Virus record (IMG/VR): IMGVR_UViG_3300046005_000547
Span: 62,001-126,000 of that record
DNA: 64,000 nucleotides
Reading direction: 5' to 3' (one strand)
Part shown: positions 48,705 through 58,825 of the stretch, in pieces
How the letters are laid out: every line of letters starts with the position of its first letter
Numbering within the stretch: the stretch's first letter is position 1
Notes under the pieces: model-generated
Seen by the model: the letters and a program-made list of their open reading frames with translations, nothing else
The model's database searches: none
Told to the model about the DNA's origin: nothing
Translations under genes and position numbers: made by a program

Positions 48705-50085
48705 TGTATATGATTTTGAGTGAAAAACGGCCCAGAAGTTTTGAAGATAAAATAAACAATGCATTAGATGAAGTTTCTAATATCGAACCATCGTTAAGAG
48801 AAAAATTATTCATTGAAATTTCAGAATTGCATACAATTAATGATGTATCAAAAATTATATTATTGATACGTTCTAAAATCGGAATCAATAAATCTGTTAG
48901 TAGAAACGGTATAGATTATTGGATTTTTCGAGGTTGGAGTTTATTAGAAGCAACCACTAAATGTAATGCATATAAAAGAGAAAATCCTCGTAACATTAAA
49001 TCTGCATTTGGTAAAGAACATTGGATTGAAAAAGGATTCACAGAGGAAGAAGCAGAATATATGAGAAATTCAAAACGTCCAATACGTAAAGAATATTGGA
49101 TGGAAAAAGGATTTTCTGAAGAAGAATCTGTTAAATTGGCTCTTGATAAAAAACAATCCAATAATAAAAAAGGTGCTAAAAATTCAAAATTGAAGTCTGA
49201 ATCTAAAACTGATATTGAAAAGAAGATGGCAAATTTCTACAACGTTGAATTCTGGTTGGTTAGAGGATATACTGAAGAAGAATCTTTAATTAAAATTAAA
49301 GAAATGGATTGTTCGTTTAATTTAGAAAAATGTAAATTGAAACACGGGGACGAAGAAGGATACATAGTATGGAAGAATCGCCAAGAACGTTGGCAGGAAA
49401 CTATGAAATCAAAACCCAAGATGAAATTGACAGAATCAATAAAGCCAAAGGTGTTTCTTATGAGAATTATATAATTTCTGGTCATACCCATGAAGAAGCT
49501 ATTGAAAAATGTGTGAAGTATTATACAAACAAAAATTGTACATATGCATTGAGTAAAGAGCAATTAATTGACGTTATATCTAAAGATTTTGAAGATTATC
49601 CAGAATATGAATTCTTTGCGTTATCTAAATTGGAAGAAAAATATACATCGCCTCAATTTTTATGCGGTTGGTCTTTAGATTGTAATTTTTCTGAATTTAT
49701 ATTGGATAATTTTAAAACTGCCAGACATTATAATACAATGTACGAATCAAATATCCGCACCAATTATTATAACATGTTAAAATTAGATAATGATTCTATA
49801 TTACGATCTTCATTAGAAATTTATTTTTATTATTTGTTAGTTCACAAATTCAATAAAAAATTAGACATAGATTTTGAAGTGGAGAAAACATATAAAGGAA
49901 CTTCATATAGATGTGATTTCTACTTAAAGGAAAAAGATTTGTATATAGAAATTTGCGGTAAAGGTGAATCTGGGGATTACGCCGATCATATGAATTTTAA
50001 ACATCGAACATTCGGATCTGTATTGTTATGGAAAACTAAAGAGTATTATTCTTACTTGGAAAGTTTATATGGAGATAATGTATGA
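48701..50085 (+). CDS. Putative homing endonuclease with (Y/H/F)W..(K/R)G..EEE repeats and a C-terminal PD-(D/E)xK-like domain; split by an apparent 1-nt frameshift near 49415
   Basis: ORFs 48701-49474 and 49369-50085 join at ...QETMKSK/QDEIDRIN; RSSLE...YRCDFYL...LYIEICG. Confidence 0.6.
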
Positions 50086-51797
50086 TTACATTTCATAAAG
50101 TAAGATGGAAGAATTTATTATCTACTGGTAATAATTTTACAGAAATAAGATTAGATGCACAAACAACAACACTTTCCATGGGTCTCAACGGATCAGGCAA
50201 AACTACTTTTTGTGATGCTATCACATTCGCGTTGTTCGGAGTCGCATATAGGAACATCCCAAAAGGACAATTAATAAATTCTGTTAATCAGAAGGCATTA
50301 TTGGTTGAGATTGAATTTTCAGAAGCTGGTGTAAGATATTTGGTTCGTAGAGGTATGAAACCAAACATATTTGAAATTTATCAGAATGATGTATTGTTAA
50401 ATCAAGAATCAGCCGTTAAAGATTATCAGACAATCCTTGAACAACAGATTCTGAAGATGAATCGTAAGACATTCTGTCAGGTTGTAATCTTGGGTGCTTC
50501 ATCTTACATTCCATTCATGTTATTGTCTTCATCTCAACGACGAGAAATTGTGGAAGATATCCTTGACATCAGGATCTTCTCTATTATGAATACATTGTTG
50601 AAGGAACAATCCCAGAAGACCAAAGAAGAAATCAAATACATTGATACCAATTTGACGTTGGCAAAGAATAAAGTTGAATCTCAACAGAAGATTATCAAAC
50701 ACCTTGAGACCAACAAACAATCTGAGATTGATTTTATCCAAGCCAAAATTGATGAACATGAGATATCTAATACCAAGAAGAAAAATGTATTAAGTTTGAT
50801 GTTGAATGAAATTGAAACAAAGAGATTGTTGATTGTGGATAAAGAATCATTATCCACCAAATATACAAATCTGAATAATTCAATTAGAAAAATCAAACAT
50901 GAGATTGATTCGTTATCAAAATCAAAGAACTTCTTCACGGATAATCAAGAATGTGAATTATGTAAACAGGAAATCACTCATGAACATTCTGGTTCAATCC
51001 TAAAAACATTATCCGAATCGGTTGCTATTTTAAATGAATCGTTATATAATTTTAATGTTGAATTTGAAACGGTTGACAAACAACTTAATGAATTGTTATC
51101 CGTCGAAACTTTGATTGGTAGATTAACTTCTGAAAAATCTAAACTTGAAACTGAAATCAAATTTGAAGATAATCAGATTCAGAAATTCAACAAAGATTTA
51201 CAGGATGCTGCGGGTTCTGTTGGTGATATTGATAAAGAAAAATCATTGTTGAAAGAATTGGTTGATGCGGCTATCTCTTGGATTAACAGAAAGAATGAAT
51301 TACTTGAGAAAGCATCTATCGAAGAAGCTGGTCTAATGTTATTGAAAGATGGAGGCATTAAATCTTCTATCATCAAAGAATATATACCAGCAATGAATAA
51401 CATTATCAACAAGTATTTACATATCATGGATTTCTATGTTGGGTTTACGTTGGATGAGAATTTCAATGAGACCATCAAATCAAGATATAGAGATACAATG
51501 ACATTCTCAAACTTCTCGGAAGGTGAGAAATTCAGAATCAATATTGCGTTGTTGTTCTGCTGGAGAGAAATTGCTAGATTGAAGAATTCAGCTAACACTA
51601 ATCTATTGATATTGGATGAAGTGTTAGATGCATCATTGGATGCTGAAGGTAATGAATTCATCCTTAATCTATTGAAGGAATTGAAGGGTTCAAACATTTT
51701 TGTAATCTCTCATAATCCAGCAAACGTTGAAAAGATACCGAATGTAATTAAATTTGAAAAACGTAATGACTTCTCCGTCATCGTTAATGATGAATAA
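50082..51797 (+). CDS. Recombination ATPase subunit (gp46, Rad50/SbcC-like)
   Basis: GLNGSGKTT Walker A, CELC zinc hook, FSEGEK signature, LILDEVLD. Confidence 0.95.
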   Translation: MITFHKVRWKNLLSTGNNFTEIRLDAQTTTLSMGLNGSGKTTFCDAITFALFGVAYRNIPKGQLINSVNQKALLVEIEFSEAGVRYLVRRGMKPNIFEIYQNDVLLNQESAVKDYQTILEQQILKMNRKTFCQVVILGASSYIPFMLLSSSQRREIVEDILDIRIFSIMNTLLKEQSQKTKEEIKYIDTNLTLAKNKVESQQKIIKHLETNKQSEIDFIQAKIDEHEISNTKKKNVLSLMLNEIETKRLLIVDKESLSTKYTNLNNSIRKIKHEIDSLSKSKNFFTDNQECELCKQEITHEHSGSILKTLSESVAILNESLYNFNVEFETVDKQLNELLSVETLIGRLTSEKSKLETEIKFEDNQIQKFNKDLQDAAGSVGDIDKEKSLLKELVDAAISWINRKNELLEKASIEEAGLMLLKDGGIKSSIIKEYIPAMNNIINKYLHIMDFYVGFTLDENFNETIKSRYRDTMTFSNFSEGEKFRINIALLFCWREIARLKNSANTNLLILDEVLDASLDAEGNEFILNLLKELKGSNIFVISHNPANVEKIPNVIKFEKRNDFSVIVNDE

Positions 51798-51821
51798 ACA
51801 ATTTTAAAATAAGGAAACAAA

Positions 51822-52405
51822 ATGAAAAAGTTGGTGTTAGTTGTATCAATCGCATCATTGTTGGTTGCTTGTTCTGATAACAAACAAAATCAGAATTATC
51901 AACAACCGTATCCACAACAAGCTGCTCCTGCATATATTCAACAACCAGTTGTCCAACCTCAGGTGGTTGCCTCTCCGGCTCCTGTTGTTGTAAATCAACA
52001 AGATAACACGATGATGAATATGGCGACTGGTGCGTTATTGGGTCATGTAATTTCAAACGCAATGACTTCTAATGATAGACCAGTAGAAAGAGTTGTTGAA
52101 CATAAAACTGTTATCATTGATAATCGTCAACCGAATGTTCCCACCCCCAACAAATTACTCCCACTACACAATCAGTTGCTCCAGTACAACCAATTCCAAC
52201 TGTTGTCCCTAAAACATCTGCAATGGATATGAATAAATTGAGTCAATCTGCCTCTTATAAACCACCATCAAGTGTACAGACAGTCGCTTCGGTTGTTCCA
52301 GTTAAATCTGGTATGGATATGACAAAACTATCTTCAACATCTAAACCGACTGTTTCATTGAATAAGAAACCTTCAATGGATATGAATAAATTGTCTAAAA
52401 AATAA
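51822..52405 (+). CDS. Pro/Gln-rich lipoprotein; apparent frameshift in the C-run near 52140-52148
   Basis: Lipobox LLVAC; an alternative frame gives ...TPQQITPTTQSVAPVQPIPTVVPKTSAMDMNKLS and joins ORF 52223-52405. Confidence 0.6.
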
Positions 52406-52408
52406 TTC

Positions 52409-52436
52409 TTTCGATTTGACGGATAACCTTTATAAT
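52409..52436 (+). promoter_or_regulatory. Phage promoter TTTCGA-N16-TATAAT
   Basis: Exact motif; leader shared with the copy at 53306. Confidence 0.75.
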
Positions 52437-52476
52437 AGAATTCAAGTTTGTTAATTTTATTTTTAGAGGTTATTTT

Positions 52477-52650
52477 ATGTGTGTTATTAAATATAATGGT
52501 AAAAGATATTCAATTGAAGACGTTGATGGTGTTAAGGTTAATCTAAGTGTTCAAGTTGGAAATCAACCAAAGAAATTGTTGGATGTATTTGATTCTGTAC
52601 AACAAGCATTTGAACACATCCAATCAAAATATGGATTGGTGTCGTTATGA
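52477..52650 (+). CDS. Small hypothetical protein (57 aa, MCVIKYNGKRYSIE...)
   Basis: Read from the sequence; gaggt RBS after the promoter. Confidence 0.55.
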   Translation: MCVIKYNGKRYSIEDVDGVKVNLSVQVGNQPKKLLDVFDSVQQAFEHIQSKYGLVSL

Positions 52651-52838
52651 CCAGAAATGAATACAAATCGTTAAGAAGTAAATACAGATTTGAAAGAAGT
52701 AACGGTATGGATGATTGTTTTCAAGATTCTAATGTATTGATGATGGGGCAATTTAATCCAATTAAACAAAAAGTGATGTCAACAAAATTGTTTTATGCGT
52801 TAGTTGACTATTTTATTTTCAAAACATTTAAAGGATGA
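52647..52838 (+). CDS. Small hypothetical protein
   Basis: 63-aa ORF coupled by atga overlap. Confidence 0.55.
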   Translation: MTRNEYKSLRSKYRFERSNGMDDCFQDSNVLMMGQFNPIKQKVMSTKLFYALVDYFIFKTFKG

Positions 52839-52842
52839 TTTT

Positions 52843-53295
52843 ATGAGTGATACGTATAGTTTTGGTAACGCAGATTTCTCTTTGAATAACGACAGAGTTG
52901 AAATCGAACAAGAACTTGAATATGGGTCGGCAATTTCGTCGTTCCATATAAATGAAATTGATGAAGTCATCGATATGTTGAATACATTTAAGAAAGATTA
53001 TCGACGCAATAAACGTTCTGTATTAGAATCTAAGATTGTCGAATTACAGAATGAATTGAACGCATTATCATCTTCTTATCTTGGTGCGTTAAAAATAGAT
53101 GATAAAGTGTTTGTTAAAGATTTTGATGATCCAACATGGTCAATTAGATATTTTGCTGGATTAACATGCGATGGTAGACCAACTGCATACACGTATGGGG
53201 ATAAATCAGATTCAAAGGATCCTACTACATTTCCATGGGATGAATGTATTCGTTGGGAAGATATAACAGACGATATGATTATTGACGATGAATAG
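52843..53295 (+). CDS. Hypothetical protein
   Basis: ORF from ATG 52843; C-terminal DDKVFVKD...WSIRYFA...W motif of a kind seen in phage proteins. Confidence 0.6.
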   Translation: MSDTYSFGNADFSLNNDRVEIEQELEYGSAISSFHINEIDEVIDMLNTFKKDYRRNKRSVLESKIVELQNELNALSSSYLGALKIDDKVFVKDFDDPTWSIRYFAGLTCDGRPTAYTYGDKSDSKDPTTFPWDECIRWEDITDDMIIDDE

Positions 53296-53305
53296 AAAAT
53301 AATTC

Positions 53306-53333
53306 TTTCGAAATCTATAACAACCTTTATAAT
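53306..53333 (+). promoter_or_regulatory. Phage promoter TTTCGA-N16-TATAAT
   Basis: Exact motif. Confidence 0.75.
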
Positions 53334-53377
53334 AGAATTCAAGTTAGTTAATTTTAAATTCTATTTGAGAGGTTGTT

Positions 53378-53617
53378 ATGTTATTCTTCATTATCGCATC
53401 TATGATTAAATCTGGTGTATTAGATTCAATCTTCATTAAAACTTCTATTTCAAAAACATTAAAAGTTTTAAGAGAACAAATGCATTTGATTCAAGAAGTT
53501 AATATTTATTCAATGGACAAATCAGATGAAACAAAATATGTAATCGCGGTTTCATCTGATACAGAAGAAGTTAAATTCGTCATTGATTTCAACGACAAAA
53601 ACATTTACATGATGTAA
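53378..53617 (+). CDS. Hypothetical protein
   Basis: gaggt RBS; downstream of the promoter. Confidence 0.55.
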   Translation: MLFFIIASMIKSGVLDSIFIKTSISKTLKVLREQMHLIQEVNIYSMDKSDETKYVIAVSSDTEEVKFVIDFNDKNIYMM

Positions 53618-53661
53618 TTTTTACATTAAGTAATTTAACACAAACAATTTTATGAGGAAAC

Positions 53662-53892
53662 ATGTCTAGGTCTAAAAAATTAACCGAGAAACTAAAATGG
53701 ATGGCAACTGTTGTGTCGTTGTTTGGTGCCATCCTAACTTCAGTCGGTTTGACTCCATTAAACATTATTGTATTGAACATTGGTTCGTTATTGTTCACCA
53801 TCTGGGCTCTAAGGATTAAAGATAAAGCCATGATAACAGTTAATGCTGGGATGTTAACAATTTACGGATTTGGTACAATGTTAAACATTTAA
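53662..53892 (+). CDS. Small three-TM membrane protein
   Basis: LKWMAT...PLNI...W...DKAMITVN hydrophobic pattern; gagga RBS. Confidence 0.65.
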   Translation: MSRSKKLTEKLKWMATVVSLFGAILTSVGLTPLNIIVLNIGSLLFTIWALRIKDKAMITVNAGMLTIYGFGTMLNI

Positions 53893-53906
53893 CAAAAGGA
53901 TAAACA

Positions 53907-54326
53907 ATGTCGTTAGATTTAACACAAGAAGAAACAATTGATTCAACTGAAGAAAAGAAAACTCCTAAATCCGTTAAGAGTAAAATTTCACCAAAAGAAG
54001 AAACGGTTGAAATCAAAGAAGAACAATATTTGGATAATAAACAAATCATTGCCATTGATGGTATTTTGTATGAAATCATTCAAAATGATGAATTGATGAC
54101 ATGGCATGATTCTATAACGAATTCTGTTAATTTGAATGCTGTGTTGCCGACAAAAGAAACATTATTGATGATTTTATCTTCTAAGGAAAAATGGATTAAA
54201 GAAGGTTGGTATTGGTCTTCTACGTTATCTGATAGAGAAGTTTGGATTCAGAATTATATTGATTCTAAACGTAAATCTGTACCAAAATCTGATAAATGTA
54301 AATCAATCTATCTTAAACAAATTTAA
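53907..54326 (+). CDS. Protein with a DUF1566/Lcl-like C-terminal domain
   Basis: MTW.D...LPTKETL...WYWSST motif. Confidence 0.5.
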   Translation: MSLDLTQEETIDSTEEKKTPKSVKSKISPKEETVEIKEEQYLDNKQIIAIDGILYEIIQNDELMTWHDSITNSVNLNAVLPTKETLLMILSSKEKWIKEGWYWSSTLSDREVWIQNYIDSKRKSVPKSDKCKSIYLKQI

Positions 54327-54330
54327 ACAT

Positions 54331-54579
54331 ATGCCATTCTATACGTTTAAAAATGTTAATACTGAAGAGATTACAGAGAAGTTTATGTCAATCTCATCAT
54401 TAGATGATTTCAAACAATCTAATCCAGATTTACAAGTTGTTATTTCGGGTGGGATGGGTTTGATTGATTCTCATAAATTAGATGCATCCAGAAAGAAAGA
54501 TAATGGATTTAAGGAAGTCCTCCAAAAGATTCATTCAAGAACTCCTGGATCCGTTCTAAACAGAACATCTAATATATAA
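54331..54579 (+). CDS. Conserved T4-like protein (FmdB-like N-terminus)
   Basis: MPFYTFKN..TEE..EKFMSIS...NP...GFKEVLQKI...PGS. Confidence 0.65.
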   Translation: MPFYTFKNVNTEEITEKFMSISSLDDFKQSNPDLQVVISGGMGLIDSHKLDASRKKDNGFKEVLQKIHSRTPGSVLNRTSNI

Positions 54580-54609
54580 TGACATATGTAAATTTTAATT
54601 GAGAACATA

Positions 54610-55260
54610 ATGTTTAATCATATACATCATGAATTACCACAGGCTGATAGAATTGTAATCAATGGTTCTAGATTCTATCAAACTTCTAATGGTAAAAGAT
54701 ATCCAAGTGTAACATCAGTGACAAGTTATGCTTCTCGACAATCGATAAATGAATGGAGGGAAAAAGTTGGTGAAGTAGAAGCCGATAAGATTTCTTCAAG
54801 AGCATCTAATCGGGGAACAAGAATTCATTCTTTATGTGAAGATTATATTAACAACAAAGAAGTTATTCCATCTGATTTTGATACAGAAAATTGGAATCGT
54901 TTTAAACCCATTTTACACGACATTGATAATGTACATGGTTTAGAATTAAGATTATTTTCTGATTTATTGGAAGTAGCTGGAACTGCCGATTGTATTGGTG
55001 AATATAAAGGAGTTTTATCTGTAATTGATTTTAAAACTTCTGGTAAATTAAAACGTAAGGAATGGATTACAAATTATTTTCAACAGTGTGCATTTTATGG
55101 ATTATCATTTAGGGAATTAACAGGAATCAACATTAAGCAAATTGTTGTGTTAATCGCAGTCGACGATGAAGAACCTCAAATCTTTATTGAACCGATTCTC
55201 CCTTGGATAGCGTCCGCTAAAGAATGTAGAGAACATTATAGATTATCTACAGGAATTTAA
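54610..55260 (+). CDS. PD-(D/E)xK exonuclease (Cas4-like fold)
   Basis: YPSVT, RGTRIH, AGTADC, IDFKTS, YFQQCAFY. Confidence 0.85.
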   Translation: MFNHIHHELPQADRIVINGSRFYQTSNGKRYPSVTSVTSYASRQSINEWREKVGEVEADKISSRASNRGTRIHSLCEDYINNKEVIPSDFDTENWNRFKPILHDIDNVHGLELRLFSDLLEVAGTADCIGEYKGVLSVIDFKTSGKLKRKEWITNYFQQCAFYGLSFRELTGINIKQIVVLIAVDDEEPQIFIEPILPWIASAKECREHYRLSTGI

Positions 55261-55371
55261 TGTAAAATGCACCTTGTCCAAATCGCAGCAAAGAGTTAAG
55301 ATATAACGCTGATTTGGAAAGTATATTAACATAGATGTACGTTAATATGCGCCAAAAAAGGAACGCAAATT

Positions 55372-55854
55372 ATGCTTATAAAGATTCTAGCTACTATTCT
55401 AATCTCATTTTTATCCATGAGTAATATTGTTCATGGTAAATCTAACGGACACAATGTTATCTCTTTTGAACAAAAAGAAATAAATTGTCTTGGTGAAGCA
55501 ATTTACAGAGAAGCAAGAGGTGAACCTGTAACGGGTATGGCTTCTGTTGGTCTTGTGGTAATGAATAGAGTGAAATCTGAGAAATTTCCAAACTCAGTTT
55601 GTGAAGTGACTCATCAAAAAACGAATGGTATGTGTCAATTCTCTTATGCTTGTATGAAGAATCTACCAAAAATAAAAGAATCTGAAAAATTCAATTCGTT
55701 TTACATGGCAAAAATGATTTACCGTAATCAGGTTAAAGACATTACTCGAGGTTCAACCTTCTTTGATATGGGTAGAATGTCTCACAACAAAAAGATGCAT
55801 ATATCTAAATCAATTAAAGTTGGTCCACACCAATTTTATAAAGAACGGGTTTAA
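55372..55854 (+). CDS. SleB/Hydrolase_2 cell-wall hydrolase with signal peptide
   Basis: CLGEAIYREARGE, VVMNRV, FPNSVCEV, CQFS, VGPHQFY. Confidence 0.88.
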   Translation: MLIKILATILISFLSMSNIVHGKSNGHNVISFEQKEINCLGEAIYREARGEPVTGMASVGLVVMNRVKSEKFPNSVCEVTHQKTNGMCQFSYACMKNLPKIKESEKFNSFYMAKMIYRNQVKDITRGSTFFDMGRMSHNKKMHISKSIKVGPHQFYKERV

Positions 55855-55892
55855 GAGTTTCGTTAAGATTAAAATGTAGTATAATAAAGGAG

Positions 55893-56081
55893 TTGTATAT
55901 GAGAACACCAATTACAATAAATTCATTTGAAACTACAAAGAATAATGAAAAAGCTGTAGTTCATGTAGTTTTATGTGATGATGGTTCGATGTGGCAAATA
56001 CTTGGTAATATCCGTGGAGTAACAACGGATTCTGTCTGGACTAGAATACCAGATATCCCTCAAGAACAACAAAAGGTTTAA
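55893..56081 (+). CDS. Small hypothetical protein
   Basis: LCDDGSMW...W..IPDIP motif; aggag RBS; promoter variant TTTCGT-N16-TATAAT at 55858. Confidence 0.6.
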   Translation: MYMRTPITINSFETTKNNEKAVVHVVLCDDGSMWQILGNIRGVTTDSVWTRIPDIPQEQQKV

Positions 56082-56082
56082 A

Positions 56083-56298
56083 ATGTTTAATACAATCAAC
56101 GAGTTCTCAATCTTCATTGAATCGAAAGCCAAAGAAATGAAGATTTCAATCATTGATACAATTTTAGAATATTGTGAAGAACATCTACTTGAAATAACGG
56201 ATATTACTCCAATGTTAAATCGTTCTATCAAAGATAAAATAGAACAAGAATATATTGATTCTGGTATGTTACCCAGAAAAACAACTATTGAGTTATAA
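56083..56298 (+). CDS. Late-promoter transcription coactivator (gp33)
   Basis: EFS.FIE...S.IDTILEYCEE...KDKIEQE...MLP; gene order gp33-gp59-gp32. Confidence 0.8.
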   Translation: MFNTINEFSIFIESKAKEMKISIIDTILEYCEEHLLEITDITPMLNRSIKDKIEQEYIDSGMLPRKTTIEL

Positions 56299-56299
56299 C

Positions 56300-56893
56300 A
56301 TGAATGGATTTTCCTTATATTGCTATCATCATTCAATAAAATTACATTTCACCAAAGAAAAATATAACATCTTTACCCATAACGGTAAATCAAATTGTTC
56401 TTATGAATCTTACTTGAAACGTAATGATTATAAAATATATGAAGCAGCTGGTAAATACTTCAAAACTGATATTGAAGCAATTCAATTCATTGCGGCAAAC
56501 GTTGCTTATGGTAACGTAAATTTTATCTACGACTTAGACAAATCTGTTGACAATTATTTGATGTTCCTGAAAAGAAAACAATCAATAACTCACACATTCA
56601 AAGAGGATATAGATAAAATAGAGCTTGAAATAGATAAATTGAATAATCCTGATGTAAATTTATTTGATTTCTCTAAGAAAGCTCTACCTTTAATTTGGAA
56701 TATGTATCTATGTAATCAAATTACAACGGAAACTTTAAACATTCTAAATAACATTAATGGATTCTTAAATGATGTCAATTTAAAACAATTCGACAAAGAT
56801 ATCTTACGAATTAAAAAGTTCAACGGATTCTTTGATATGAATATCGATAAAATGTCAATCATCTATACAAATTCATTGTTAAATCGCGTCTAA
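56300..56893 (+). CDS. Helicase loader (gp59)
   Basis: MNGFS.Y....IKLHF...YNIF..NGK, KRND, ETL.IL; synteny with gp33 and gp32. Confidence 0.8.
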   Translation: MNGFSLYCYHHSIKLHFTKEKYNIFTHNGKSNCSYESYLKRNDYKIYEAAGKYFKTDIEAIQFIAANVAYGNVNFIYDLDKSVDNYLMFLKRKQSITHTFKEDIDKIELEIDKLNNPDVNLFDFSKKALPLIWNMYLCNQITTETLNILNNINGFLNDVNLKQFDKDILRIKKFNGFFDMNIDKMSIIYTNSLLNRV

Positions 56894-56924
56894 AATAACT
56901 TTTTTAAAATCACAGGAATAAAAT

Positions 56925-57848
56925 ATGAACATTGAATCTTTACGTAAAATGCGCAACGCTGACTTCTCTACAATCACAGCTGAATTAGAAAAAATTGTAT
57001 CTCCATCAACAAATCGTTCTGACGATGATGAACGTTATTGGAAACCAACTCGTGATAAAGTTGGTAACGGTTCTGCTGAAATTCGTTTCTTACCTCGTTT
57101 GGAAGGTGATGATTTACCTTGGGTTCGTGTTTATTCTCACGCATTTAAAGGCCCAACAGGTAAATGGTATATTGAAAATTCATTAACTACAATCGGTCAA
57201 GACGATCCAGTTGGTAAAATCAATCAAGATCTTTGGAACACTGGTTTAGAATCAGATAAAAATAAAGCTCGTGACCAAAAACGTAGAACGTCGTTTATCG
57301 CAAATGTATACATTGTTAATGATCCAGCTAATCCAGATAACAATGGTACTGTACGTTTATTCAAATTTGGTAAAAAGATTTTTGATAAAATCATGGATAA
57401 AGCCAAACCGGCATTTGCCGAAGATAAAAGTGTAAATGTATTTGATTTGTGGGATGGAGCAAACTTTAAATTACGTGTGAAAAACGTTGAAGGATTCCCA
57501 AATTATGACCAATCATTCTTTGATTCTCAATCTGAATTATTGGGCGGTGATGAAAACAAATTATTATCTGTTATTCAAAAACAACACCCACTTCGTGAAT
57601 TCTTGGATCCTAAGAATTTCAAATCGTTTGAAGAATTATCTCGTAAGGTTAATTCTGTGTTGTATCCTAATCAACAACAAGAAACTCCAACAGCTGCATC
57701 TATGACTGAAAGTTATAAAGCACCAGAAATTAAATCTGCTACTCCGTCATTTGAATCTAAAATGCCATCTACCCCGAATCCAATGAGTTCTGGTGATGAA
57801 GAGACTGACCTCATGTCGTACTTTAATTCATTAGCTTCTGATTTATAA
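56925..57848 (+). CDS. Single-stranded DNA-binding protein (gp32)
   Basis: DERYWKP, GNGSAEIRFLP, WYIENSLTT, FGKKIFDKI, GANFKL, NYD; acidic tail ending YFNSLA. Confidence 0.95.
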   Translation: MNIESLRKMRNADFSTITAELEKIVSPSTNRSDDDERYWKPTRDKVGNGSAEIRFLPRLEGDDLPWVRVYSHAFKGPTGKWYIENSLTTIGQDDPVGKINQDLWNTGLESDKNKARDQKRRTSFIANVYIVNDPANPDNNGTVRLFKFGKKIFDKIMDKAKPAFAEDKSVNVFDLWDGANFKLRVKNVEGFPNYDQSFFDSQSELLGGDENKLLSVIQKQHPLREFLDPKNFKSFEELSRKVNSVLYPNQQQETPTAASMTESYKAPEIKSATPSFESKMPSTPNPMSSGDEETDLMSYFNSLASDL

Positions 57849-57875
57849 CAAGTTTTTTGATGTAAAATAAACTGA

Positions 57876-57909
57876 TGGAATAGTTCTTAATTGAACTATT
57901 CCATTTTTT
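57876..57909 (+). terminator. Terminator after gp32
   Basis: atggaatagttc-ttaatt-gaactattccat followed by a T-run. Confidence 0.8.
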
Positions 57910-57929
57910 GTAGATAAAAATATGCATCT

Positions 57930-57937
57930 TATAAATA
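57930..57937 (+). promoter_or_regulatory. T4-type late promoter TATAAATA
   Basis: Exact consensus ~30 nt before the PEP-CTERM gene. Confidence 0.65.
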
Positions 57938-57960
57938 TCTACAACAACAGGAGAAATTAA

Positions 57961-58818
57961 ATGAAAAAATTATTACTAGGAATGATGTTAATTGGTTCAA
58001 TCAATTATGCATCAGCTAATACGGTCAATGGGGTTTATTGGAATCCAACAGATGGTTCTGATTTAACTATTGATGGTGGGTTATTTGAAACCATAGCAGG
58101 ACATGTAGGTGACCATATCGTTGGTTATGGTGAAGTGAACAAATTCAACGGAAGATACCAAAATGAATTTTGTCCTGGATGCGAATTAACATATACATTT
58201 TCTTATCAAATGTTATCGTCTAGTTCCAATGCAGTGACATATGATGGTTCTAATACGTATTTCAAAACATTTGAACAAGTATGGAATGGAACATCTATTG
58301 ATTATATTAACAATTCGTTTTTGATAGGTTCTGGTGATAAACGGTCATTTTTCCCCACTATCAATCCATTAGAATATACATTTACGTTTGGTGATGGTAT
58401 TGTTGAATTTTTTGCCGATTCAACTCCAGATTTCACTGAAAATGCGCCAACACTTGCTTCGGCTTCTGATGGTATTAGTTTCTTGAAATTAAAAAGTAAT
58501 GGATTATTGAGAGGGACTGGATATGATATTTTTAATCCAGGCGCAATTTACGGATCTGGTTCGGGATTCTTGGATGCAGTTTCCGGTTCAGCGTTTGAAT
58601 TTTTCAATACAAATTCAATGAATGGTGCAGATTTACAATTTACGTCATCTTTCCATATCAATAATTCGGCAAGAGAATCTGATTATCTATTGGGAGGAAC
58701 CGTTCATGTAACAGGTGATACGGTCGACGTACCAGAACCTTCTTCTATTCTAATTTTCTTGTCTGGAATCTTAGGGGTGTTCTATTTTGTATCCAATACC
58801 AGAAATATGGTAGCTTAA
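57961..58818 (+). CDS. Secreted PEP-CTERM sorting-domain protein
   Basis: Signal peptide MKKLLLGMMLIGSINYASA; C-terminal VPEPSS + TM helix + short tail with Arg. Confidence 0.85.
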   Translation: MKKLLLGMMLIGSINYASANTVNGVYWNPTDGSDLTIDGGLFETIAGHVGDHIVGYGEVNKFNGRYQNEFCPGCELTYTFSYQMLSSSSNAVTYDGSNTYFKTFEQVWNGTSIDYINNSFLIGSGDKRSFFPTINPLEYTFTFGDGIVEFFADSTPDFTENAPTLASASDGISFLKLKSNGLLRGTGYDIFNPGAIYGSGSGFLDAVSGSAFEFFNTNSMNGADLQFTSSFHINNSARESDYLLGGTVHVTGDTVDVPEPSSILIFLSGILGVFYFVSNTRNMVA

Positions 58819-58825
58819 ATTATTA

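Noticed and set aside
53907-54326. Diversity-generating retroelement target (DUF1566-like domain)
   Set aside because: No reverse transcriptase or template-repeat copy was seen in the window
54610-55260. Cas4 as evidence of a CRISPR system
   Set aside because: This is a stand-alone PD-(D/E)xK exonuclease common in T4-like phages; no cas1, cas2 or array is present
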